Source: Oikopleura dioica
Taxonomy: Eukaryota; Animalia; Chordata
Direction: 5' to 3'
Assembly: GCA_907165135.1 (NCBI GenBank)
Contig: OU015568.1
Span: 15,077,208 to 15,141,207 of the forward strand
Length of the DNA: 64,000 bases
Each line of letters opens with the position of its first letter. Position 1 is the stretch's first letter. The notes under the pieces were generated by a model. It saw nothing but the letters and a program-made list of their open reading frames with translations. It ran no database searches and was not told where the DNA came from. Positions 1 to 11,097 of the stretch are shown here, piece by piece. Both the position numbers and the translations under genes were made by a program.

Positions 1-434
1 AACTTTGGTATCATCGTTGAAGACACCCTTAATTTGTCAATTAATCTCTTCGCTACTCTTTTTTGCGTAAGTTTATGTACGTCATAAAGCAAATGCGCAT
101 TTGGGCACGCTTACTAAGCGTCGCTTAGAGTGGGCTTGGGCGTCGTTTAGCTATTTGAGGTGGTCTTCTTTCGCCGCGTCGTTTGACGGGGCGTAAAGAC
201 TACGGTCAATAAAGACAAGAAGATTTGTATTTGGCACTGAGAGGCCACTGTCATCGGGATCCCACCCGTGGTTTTTTTTTACTTACTGAGCGAGAATTTT
301 TTTGAGAAAAAAAAAGAAGAAAAGAAGGAGAAAAGTTTTGAAGACAAAAGAAAACTCATAAAACAGCTAGAACGGAGCAAAGAATAGAGAATTAGTTTTG
401 AAAAGACAAGAGAGTAACCCATCTGACAGTAGAA

Positions 435-3400
435 ATGGACGTCGACGAAAACGGCAACCAGTCTGGCGATGACGCGATGGACATTGACGATTTGCGTGAG
501 TTACAGTCTTAAGAATTTATAAATTGAAATTATCAAAATTGAAATTTCATATTACTAAATTGTATTTTCTCCATTAATACACCTTATTTTTGACGTAAAT
601 GCAGAAAATACATGTAGCTAATCTTGAATAAAGAATCTCGGATACAAATATGAAAATTGAGATCTCACATCTTGACCCCAGCTGACAAGGAGCTAATTAA
701 AAGATATTTTCGGCGATAAACGTAAATTTTATACTATTTTATATAGGCACCTTGTCTGACGCTTGTCAGATAGGCATCAAGAATCAATTGAACTGTGAAT
801 AGAAAAATGAACTTTCCTTTCAAGAAGAGGAGTTTTCCGTCTTACGCTTCTTCTCGATTCTGATAGAAAAAGTTAACAAGCCGATAACATTTTCATAAAT
901 TTGGAAAAAGTTCCGAAGTGGCCGGAATCCGAAATTCTGAGCAAGTTCAAGATCGAGGCGCCACTAGAGGGTCGAAAAAGGCGCTCATCAAAGGAGGAGC
1001 CGGCGGCGCGTGTGCCCAAGGGCGTGTGAGACACCTTCAGGCGGATTCGAATGATTTTAGCCTTAGGCGTCGTCTTTCTTTTTGCTAAAACCGCCTTTTA
1101 TGGGAGAGTAAATGACGTCCCTCGCAACTGCCAAGGGCCTGCTCGAACTACATTTTCATAAGGCACACAGAGACGACCAGAAAAAATAAATTCACCATTT
1201 TAAAATCAAGAGTGTCTCTAGAACGCCGATTATTTATTGTTGAAGACAAGGAGGAAAAATAAGAGAGATTCAGTTGAGAAGCGGCAAAATAGGAAAAGGG
1301 CGCATTTTTGATTGATTACTTTTTTTGTAAGAAAATTTTTTATATAAGCCATAAAAATGATAATCGTTGTTAATTATTGACCAAGAAAAAAATTGGGGTT
1401 TATTGAAAATCCAGCAAAAATTTATTGAATTTTTCGAAAGTTTTTTTTTGAAAAAAGTGTTCTGAAAATTGATTTTTTTAGCTGGATTCTATTTACTTTC
1501 CACGGTCATAATCTCGAGTAATTGATTATTTTAACTCTTAGAGCTTAGAGCGGAGGCGATTTAGTTTTTACACTGAAGCAAGCCTTTTTTGAAAGAGATG
1601 AATTTTAAAAAGCTCCTGCCTTGTTGGAACAAGGACAAGGCTGCTCAGGCGGAGCAGGAGCCGGCCACTGAGCCGGAGATCAAGCAGAGCGAGGAAAACG
1701 CCCCAACTCTTAAAAACTCGAAAATCTCGAACTCACAGTCAAACGCCAGCTCGGTCGATGACGAGCCAGATGAAGGTAGATATTTATTGGCTTGACCTTA
1801 CTCCCCTCGCACACTCGCCGCATTATTTATCTTCGACTCTAATGGGTTCAAAACTGATCACTTTTCAAACCAGTTTATCTTCGTTTTCTTTAAATTATCA
1901 ATCTTTCGGGTAAAAGTGGAGGTTTACAATTGTCAATCAAGAGCCGGCTTTTCAGGCGGATTATGCTCATTTTTGAGTTGTCAAATATTATTTAATCCGT
2001 TGAAAACACATTAAAAATTGCGTTTTCTTTGAGTAAAAACACACTTTAACAAGCTTTTAATCATTAAAAATTGCTATAATTTTACAAAATAGACGTCTAT
2101 AGTCCCAAAATAGACGTCTTACAAAACAGCCATAAACTAAAATGCATTTTTGCGATATATTTTAGTAATTTACAATTGTTTAAATTTAATTTTCATCAAA
2201 CGTAGTACGTAAATCAAGGCCCGTTTCTTACTTTTTATGTGAATATTAGTTTGATTTATTGAATTAAATTACTCTTATCGAGTGAAAAGTCCAATTAACT
2301 ATTGCGTTTTACAAGAGAAAATTAGGCGCATCAGTTCCAATTTTCGGATCATAAATCAAATTAATTGTATTTTTCAGAGGAGCTTGAAATGCTGAGAAAA
2401 TACCAAGCGAGAACTGGTGGTGGGCGAAAGTCCGTCGCTGCCGAACGATACAATCCCGACGAAGACGACGATGAGCCACTCAAGGTCGTGCCAAAGACAG
2501 ACTCTCAGCGCGAGCGATTAAAAGAAGTTTCCAACAAAATTATGCTCTTGAATAGACTAGATGAGGTATTCCCACCATTCAAAGTACGAAAACAAGCGCC
2601 ATTTAGGAACAACTGACGAACGTTATCAACGCAATGGAAGAACGTAAAATCAACGTCGACGACATCGTCATCCAACAGGGCGCCGACGGCGACAACTTTT
2701 ACGTGATCGACAGGTGGTTTTACCCATTTTTGCATTTATCCAACCATTTTTCAGTGGAAAATACGATGTTTATATTAATAAAGAAAACGGGCCGGAGCAA
2801 GTGTTTACGTATAACGACTCTGGTTTCTTCGGCGAGCTTGCTCTGATGTACAACACCCCGCGAGCTGCAACTGTCAAGTGTAGCAAAGCTGGAGTCATTT
2901 GGAGTCTTGTAAGTTGTCCTAAGCTGATTAAGGTTTTCTTGCTGTTCCGTCATCCTGGGCTCGGAAGCCTGTGTAGAAAATCTGAGTCAGGGTCTGAAAG
3001 CACGGAAATGAAAAGCCGCGTAGCGGCTTTTTTAAAAACGAAGTCGCGAAGCGGCTTCGCCAACATTACCATTACGATCTTTTAAAAATTCTGGCGAAGC
3101 CGCTTTGCGGCTTCGTTTTAAAAAAAGCCGCTACGCGGCTTTTCATTTCAGTGCTTTCAGACCCTGACTCAGGTTTTCTACACAGGTTGCCGAGCCCAGC
3201 CGTCATCGGACCGGAACTTTTCTTTTGAATAAATTAACAGATGTTTGAGAAAAAAAGAGCGGCTAAATAATTAAAAAAGCGTCGTGAGAAAACGGCGATT
3301 CCGCTTCGGATTAATCTTCATTGAATTGAAATTAATGCTGCTATTTAGGATCGAAAAACATTCCGTCAGATCATCGTCAAAGCAAATGCCAAGAAGCGAT

Positions 3401-4758
3401 CACAGTACGAGGCCTTCCTTCAAACAGTCGAAATTCTGCAAAACCTTGATGTAAGACCACTTTAGTTTTTGGCTAATTTTGACTTTGATTTTGTAGGAAA
3501 ATGAGATCTCGAAAGTGGCCGACGTCATGGAAGAAAAGAAATACAAATCTGGAGAAGCAATTATCAGACAGGCGAGTACAGTTATAGATTCATTTATAGT
3601 ATAAATTTTATACAGTGACTGTATACGGTATATAATTTCGCCCGTGCATTTTGATCGTTTCGTCCCGTAGCCACTCGCAGCAAATCACCCCTAGCTCGTT
3701 GGCTGCCTGGCTAAATATTGATTCGCCGCGTAATCAATTCAAACTTATACAGTCAGCTTTACCAATTATTCCAATTTAACGTCGCGCATCTTCAGGGAGA
3801 CGAAATCGATGCTGGCTCCTTTGTCTACTTCCTCATCTCTGGAACTTGTAAAATCCATCTCAACATCGATGTAAGTCTACCATTTCAATTAAGCTTTATC
3901 AATTTTAAAAGCTGTAAATTGATAAGAGAAAATTAACATTTCTTCCAGGAGAAGCAAGGAAAACAGGTTTGTTGGTTTTCATCTTGTGTGGTTTCAATCA
4001 ATTGCGAATCAGAAAATCTAACCAAAAATTAACTCACTATTTTGGACAAATCAAAATTTAGATTTTTTCATTTCTAACTAAAAATTTCTACTAGCACGAG
4101 TGGTCGCTTTCTTTTCTGAAAAATGAATCCAGAGCACTAAAATTTGAAAATTCCTTTGGATTCATTTTTCGAACTTGAACTTTCTACCAGTAGTTGCAAA
4201 GAATAGACTTTCACGTAAACACTTCAGGGAGAGGAAAAGGTGCTTGACAAAGTTCTCCAATCCGGCCAATGCTTTGGCGAAGTGGCACTCATCACAAAGG
4301 CTCCTCGAAACGCGACGATCATTGCCTCCGAAGATGTCAAATGCGGAGGTAAGCGGGTCTGAAATCGCTAGAAAATGGGGCCTATTAGGGGGCATCTCCT
4401 CATCTTGAGAAAAAAACACCTTATTTTTTCATCTCAAGGAGGTGTTCCTTTTTAGGAATGTCAGGTGATTGAAATATGTCACAAAATTTATTCAACAAAA
4501 AATAATTAATTTTCTTTTCCAGAATATATTAACACTCCGTAATTTTTATGGGCAATAAATTAACTTTTCATTAATATTTGTGAATGTTTTATAGCCAAAA
4601 ATGGTCTTTTTTAAATCATTGCTATTCATTCATTTCTAGTTTTGGATGTATCTGCTTTTGAACGACTGCTTGGCCCTTGCAAAGAAATCATGAACCGAAA
4701 CATCGACAAGTACGAAGAAGAGCTTGCGGCGCTGAAGGAACTCAAGATCAGCGACTAA
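435..4758 (+). CDS. PRKAR2: cAMP-dependent protein kinase type II regulatory subunit (spliced; candidate first exons 435-495 and 1598-1775)
   Basis: Exons 2378-2565, 2607-2713, 2755-2908, 3349-3450, 3497-3571 (GC donor), 3796-3870, optional 3949-3966, 4228-4348 and 4640-4758 join in frame. Two phosphate-binding cassettes, [15 protein letters not shown] and [18 protein letters not shown]-like linker [12 protein letters not shown] and C-terminal FERLLGPC. Confidence 0.92.
2955..3199. mobile_element. MITE family A (hAT-like, 8-bp TSD) in a PRKAR2 intron
   Basis: ~100-bp near-perfect inverted arms CTGGGCTCGG...CCGAGCCCAG. Exact 8-bp TSD CCGTCATC at 2947-2954 and 3200-3207. Confidence 0.92.
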
Positions 4759-5181
4759 GCGTACTGACCGTTGACTGTATCTCTCTTCATTCTGAGTACC
4801 GATGACCTCCTTCTTCAACTCTTCCTTGAACAACTCCAAAAACACTTGTTCGTTTGCCCGATAATTTTTGACAAGAATGTACAAGTCCACCTTCAAACAA
4901 TATTATACGCTTCCTGATACCAACTAAGCTTTTGCGAAAAAGAACAGACAAAAAACAACAATCAGTCGAACGGCTGATTTTCGTGTGTAAATATTCTTTT
5001 CAAGAGTTATATTTAATTTCCTATCAATAAATCTACAGAATAAAAGTATTCATTGAATAGTCGTCAGATTGTCAGGGCAGGTGTTTGCGGTGGATATCTA
5101 ATTGGCTGTAATATGGTCTTATGATGTCATATTGTTAAATAAAATCGACATAATAATGATAGCTCAATTTTTTAGTGTTTA

Positions 5182-5434
5182 GGGTTCGAGAAAAAGCCTG
5201 AAAGTAAAGCTGCTTACATGAAAAAGTGTAAGGCCAAATGTGCCGCCAAATTTTAAATAATTATGATCATCAGATAGGATTTCAAAAGATTGTTAGATAG
5301 ACAATCTATCAATGACACCTTGTATGATACCATCAGTACTATCAGTAGTACTCATTCAGTTCAAAAGATTATTTTTGACTAATTAAGCTTATAGCTTTCT
5401 CTGTAACCTTTCTGTAAAGATTTTTCTCGAACCC
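5182..5434. mobile_element. MITE, PIF/Harbinger (Tourist)-like
   Basis: TIR GGGTTCGAGAAAAA...TTTTTCTCGAACCC with TTA on both sides. Confidence 0.7.
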
Positions 5435-6099
5435 TTATATTACAAAAAATAAACGCTAGAAAAAAAACCACATATCATACCGTATACCGTATACATAATA
5501 TTCTGTATATTAAAGACGGTATATTATTTACAGTTTATAAAATGTAGGTAATTGATGAATCATCGACCATTTCCTGATCGAGAACATCCGCAACCACAAT
5601 TTCCACAGCAGTCTCCCATGCACCCACCAGTTGGAATCCAGTTGGTTGATCCACAGGAAGAGCACTCGGAAACCCAGCTATCGTCAGACATTCTGAAAGG
5701 TCCAGTTCATTTTTCTCAAAGTCAAAACTCAAGCAAGCAAATAAAACTGAACAAAATCTTTCTCTTGTATGGTCTCTTAACTTCATAATTAAAAATCTGA
5801 GTGAAAATATTTTGCAAACGGACTTTTGCGGCGGAAAAGAGCATGTTTTTCGACCAGAGTTCACCCAAGTTCTAACCGTCAAAATTGAAATTTCAGAAAA
5901 ATAGAATGTTTATTAGAAAAAGAAAAACTGAAATGCACAGAAAAACGAAAATGCACAGCATACAAGCTCTTGTGTTCCCTCAATCGTACTGCAAGACACA
6001 GTTTATGGTTCGAAAGCATCATTTTCTTCGCCTTCGAGTTTCGGGGACACAGTGCCACTACGGCGGCTTCTGACGCTTGCTCGACTTCGTACACTAGCC

Positions 6100-9000
6100 G
6101 CAGCTGAGCTTACTCGGCTTCGGATGCTTTCTGCTCTTTACAAGGGATGCAAAGAACTCTAGATAAAATCTTTCAATGAGCAAACTCAAGAATCATTTAC
6201 ATTTTGATCCCTTTTCCTGCTAGAGCGCATAGAAGCTGCTCTCGTCAATTGTGGAGACGCAGGTGGTGGAGGAGCAGGAGCTCGTTTCTTCTTCTTTTCA
6301 ACTGATTTTGGCTTTCTAGGGTAGCAATTAGACCAAGAACTAAACTCAAGAAGTACTTACCGAACGGCTGCTTCTTCATAATTGTTCTGCTTCCTCATCA
6401 CAGCAACCTTGACATCGGGCAAAAGCTTCGCGTTGGAAATATCACCAAACACCTCAATAATGGCGCCACTTGGCAATCTCAGAAACTGCCGGTAGATTTC
6501 GCGCAGCCCGTCGAGATGCACGGTAAAGATTGCCACGTGTACGGTGACCTCGCGTTTGAAATCTTCAAATCTCTCGTCGAACGACTTTCTGCTCGTTCCG
6601 TCCTCGCTTTCGTCGTCTTCTTCTTCCCAAATAAAGTCGTTGACGACTGTTTTGCGAGTTTCACCTTCGTTACCGCGCCAATTTTCGCTCTTTCGGCAAA
6701 TGTGAGCGAGTTCTTTAGCTGAAATTTCCAAGTCGAAAGGAATGACATAATCTTCATCTTCTCCATGCAGCCGGTGATAGGTATCCAAGAGTCTCCCATT
6801 ATTATGAAGTTTAAGGAAGTAAACATAGAGGACCGTAGAAGCAAGAAGCATCAAAACAAGATAGACAAAGATCGTAATCGGAATTCCTACCACGCCATTT
6901 CCAGAGACGCCCTTAAAGTGCCAGTAGATTTTGAACGCATCTCCAATCGGAATATCATCGTTTGAATAAGCATCGTCGGTGCCGAAACGGCCAAGAATGC
7001 AGTCAACGATGAGAATGGCGGCCGGGTCCAAAATGCACCAGATGCCGTAGATCAAGATCGTTTTTGAGAGGATTCCAGGAAATGCGCCAGATAGGCGAAT
7101 GAAGAGAAAGGCGAAGAATGCGAGGAGGGAGAAGACGAGTATATTGAACAAGGGGCCCATAAGAACTACGCCGACTGTCATGCCTGTTGATAGACGATCT
7201 TCTTGGTACGATAATTCGACTGAAAAAGAGTTTTTCTTCAGAAGAGAATCAATTGACCTTACCTGTCCAGGGAAGAAACTCAAACTTCGCAGGTGGAAAT
7301 CCCGCAGCATTGACCATCATCCACTGGCCAATATAATGAATGTAAACCCGTGGGAAGAAAATCAACACAACGAGCAGCATAAAAGTCCAGAATTCGATCG
7401 TGCGCACCTTGCATGGAAATATTAATATGGAAACAGAGCGTTGTTTCTGTCCAGGAAGAATATGTTTTCTCATTTTTCCCAAATTAGTAAAAACATGTTC
7501 GCACACGTGTTTACCTGAGAGATGCCGAGCTCGGACCGGAACATTCTTGAACAGTACGTTAGGCGTTCGCGACCGACCCCTACAAGAAGAGAGTAATAAT
7601 TCCAGTGCTTCGTCAAAAATAATTACTATTAAAAGTTCACGAGAATTTTCTCTGATGACGTACCGATAACCTCACGAGTTGATTTCATATACTCGTTCAT
7701 GACAGAAAATCGATGCTGCTCAAGTGTTTCCAGGTGATTGTATTTTTTCGGCTAGGAACACAGTAATTTTCTTGATAGTGGACTCAAAAACCTGGGAGCG
7801 CTCCAAAATCTTATTGATAGCTTCATTCTTTGGCAAAAGTGCAGTGACTTGATCCGAATATTTCAAAGCAGGAGATGTGTAGTGATGCTTGTAGTAAAGA
7901 CCATCAGCACCTTCTACCGCTTCCCAGTCTTCCTCGTCATCTGTATCGTAGTCCGACCCTTCAGCTTTTTGCATCTTAGAAATTGCCATGCGACTTCCGA
8001 TCGTCATTGTCTTTATTGTCTTTGAATTCTCGACCTCCTTGTCTTCAAACGATGCCTTTGATAGATATGTTGCCGCACGGGATAATCCAAGCTGACTTTT
8101 CTCCTTCTTCAGAAGTTCCTAAGAGCGTTCTAATATGACTCGATTATCAGAGATTTTGAAAACCTGTGGTTTCGATTGCGCCAAACTGCTATAGTTATCC
8201 TTTTCATCCAACACCTTCAAAACTGGTTCTCCGTCAACGGACACCGGCTCGTTTGTTTTAAGTCGATCTTAAGAGTGGTTCAAGCATTTATGTTGAAATA
8301 ACGAAACATAGTCTTTGCTGATCCTTCCCTGGCGAGTTCAAAAGCCCAGACGTAAATTGCAGTTCTACTTCATATTCTTTCTGGCCAGCCAAAAACCTTG
8401 GAAGACGAACAATCTCAAAGTAGATATTTGCCAGCCAATGGTCTAAATCAGCGGAGATAAGCTGTTCTATGCGCTCATGCCGATCAACCTGCGAATCCAT
8501 GTGGCCACGGAGCAAGGGAGCCTTGAATTTGCCAGAAATGATGTCAAAATTTGCGTCGCAGATTGGAAACGCGCCCCAAGCCACTGCCACATCTGTTGGC
8601 GACTGTGAACCTCGTAGGAGAAAAAGCTCGAAGGTCAGGATCATCCCAGGCTTGAGATCGACTTTTGCTGGAGCCACAGTGTAGACGGACTGATCAACTT
8701 TCATTTCTTGGGCAAAAAACTTTCCAGTATGCGCGACAGGAAGTGTCGAGTTGCCCCAACGCTTCGACTCTATGGAAAGGCATGATTATTATCCGGCTTA
8801 CAAATCATCATGACGCCTGATGAAGTCGAAGAGAGGGGTTATCATTCGGGCCTATGATTCGAGCCATCCAATATCTCTAGAATCTGAGCTAATGGTTAGG
8901 GTTAGGGACCGGGAACTCTTAAAGGGAGTCTGGGGGGCGAAGCCCCCTGGTTAAGGTCTTAGGTGGGGGGTCCCGGGGGCGTAGCCCCCTGGGTTAGGTT

Positions 9001-10237
9001 TAGGCTTAGGGGCAGGCCGAATGATAACCCCCTACTACCGATGAAGTTCATATCCTTTTTCCTAGTTTACTCCACTGCATGGGATGGCCACCAAGCCGGT
9101 CGTAGAGTGAGACCATTATTCCATATTTTCCGATTGGGATCTTTTTTCAGGCTCAACAGGAAAACGAACATGTGCGGGTTTTTTCCGACATGAGAAAAAG
9201 TCAAATGACTGTGCACTAGGATGGAAAGACACTTCCTCAACAGATTGAGCCTCTCCTTGTCTTTCAGCCCTCTGACGCAATCGATCTTGATCTGAATAGG
9301 CTGGGGCGTTCTTGTCCATTCTACTCGCCATCGCCGATCACGTGCACCGCCATATTGCTCGGAAGCGATACGTAGATCTCCATATAAGGTCTTCACTTCC
9401 GCTTGTCGTTCCTCTATGGCTTTGTTAAGCTGGGACTCAGCCTGGCTGAACGCCTTCCCCATTTTTTCCTGCTCGAGCCTTGCTTTCAGAAGCAGCAGCT
9501 TCTTCTTTTCTGAAATCAACGCAATCTTCTTCTTTGTCTCGTCGTTAAGCTCTTTCCTCGCTTCTGCAGCACGCTCCTCCAGGATCTGCTCTCTTCTTCT
9601 TTGGATTTCCGCCTCATGACGCGCCCTTTCAAGTTCCGAGTCCATCCTGCGCTTTTCCTCCTGCAAGAGATCTTCTGCATTCACAGAGCTCACGTGAAGC
9701 ATATCCTCTTCAATCTCAATGTGAAAGTCTTTGAGAACTTCTTCGACATTGACGCCAGTAGATTCAAGCGCGACGCGGACTTCTTCGAGTTGCCCTGCGA
9801 CTCGTTCAGCTTCTTCGTTGGTGTATTGAACCGACTCATCATCGAGTGCCTACAATTTCATAAAACTCCAATAAATTGCGTTCGAAAAAGTGACAATATC
9901 CGCAGTAAAACGTGCCAAAAAACTACCATGAAACGTGCCAAAAAACAAGGTTATAAAAAAAAAAACAAATAAAAATAAGTCAGAAAATTTGAATATATTC
10001 ATGAGATTTCTAAAACAATTTACACCATAAAACGAAGATTGTAAAAGTCACCTTTTCTAAGTCTTTAAAATCGGCTTCAAAGTTCCATTCTTTCTCCTCA
10101 AAAGAGTGTCTCTGGTTCAGTTCTTTTTCCAAATCTTCGATATTAAATTGCTCCTTCGGCACTTCATTCTCATGCTGTTCGTTAATAATCTCTGGCTGAG
10201 GAAGGTCTGGCGGTTGAATCGGAACCGCTTCCTCCAT
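6100..10237 (-). CDS. OFCC1: OFCC1-like (orofacial cleft candidate 1 homolog), multi-exon; 3' end approximate
   Basis: Coiled coil followed by WRVEWTRTPQPIQIKIDCVRGLKDK, MVSLYDRLGGHP and FELFLLRGS..VAWGAFPICD, then a C-terminal multi-TM region (ORF 6357-7310). Family call is from recall of these motifs. Confidence 0.7.
8827..9040. mobile_element. MITE family carrying TTAGGG-like repeats
   Basis: 15-bp IR GGGGTTATCATTCGG (8835-8849) / CCGAATGATAACCCC (9017-9031). Flanking direct repeat ATGAAGT (8820-8826, 9041-9047). Internal GGTTAGGGTTAGGG. A related right end lies at 20390-20412. Confidence 0.7.
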
Positions 10238-11097
10238 TTTCTCGTTACTTTTTGAGAAAAGAAGCGATTTGTAAAATTATCGTCCTTAGAAGATCGAAAT
10301 GTAAATAGAAATGAATTGCGCTGCGTGCTGCGTAGTCATAGCGAAAAACGATTGTTTGAACGTCGATCGACAATGGACTTCTAATTGTCTTTCCTTCTTT
10401 CGCTTTTTCAGACAGAACTTTATTTCGCGTTATCCGAACAAGCAATTTTCCTTCGAAAAAACTATGATGCCTAACATTAGTAACCAGGGAGAGGTCAGAC
10501 TGATAAGAATCAAGTTCGATCTGCTCCCCCGCTGAGAATTTTTCGCACCGTGCGCCCTCTTTTAGAACCTGTTTGAGATATAAAACTGGGAATGCAAAAT
10601 GATATCCATCCAAACAGATGAACATTATTTTTTTTTCTAAAATGAAGCGAAAAAGTTAAAAAGAGATGAAGAAGAAAGAAAAAAATGATGAAAGAAAAAA
10701 AGACAATAATTTCAACTGTAAAATGAATCATTATTTCTTTTAACATTGTCGCCATCATTGCCTTCAGAATTAATATCAAATAAATTTCAAAAGTGAATAA
10801 AGAAGGATATAATTATTATTTTTCCCACAAAAGCAAATTCGGTCGAGGACAATTCATGCGTAAACTGAATGAAAAAGGATGATAATGGAGGAGGTGCAGC
10901 GCTCCTGGCCTCCGGGCGATGCTGGTGTAACTGAAACCAAATTCTCAGCGCTTCAACTTTTGCGCGGCTTTTATTTACCGACAAAATCATCGGACATTTG
11001 TCTTTTTCAACCGACCGCTTTGGTCCCTCGAGTGCACTGCTCCATCGATCGATTTTCAATTTCGAGAGATTCTTGCTTCGCGAAGAATAAATTTATT

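Noticed and set aside
3572-3795. PRKAR2 GC-AG intron as a stem-clamped intron
   Set aside because: Only about 4 bp of terminal complementarity. The strong GCGAGT donor and pyrimidine acceptor make it an ordinary GC-AG intron.
5535-5882. Overlapping ORFs on both strands between the PRKAR2 and OFCC1-like 3' ends
   Set aside because: No recognisable domain and no start or splice chain I can support.
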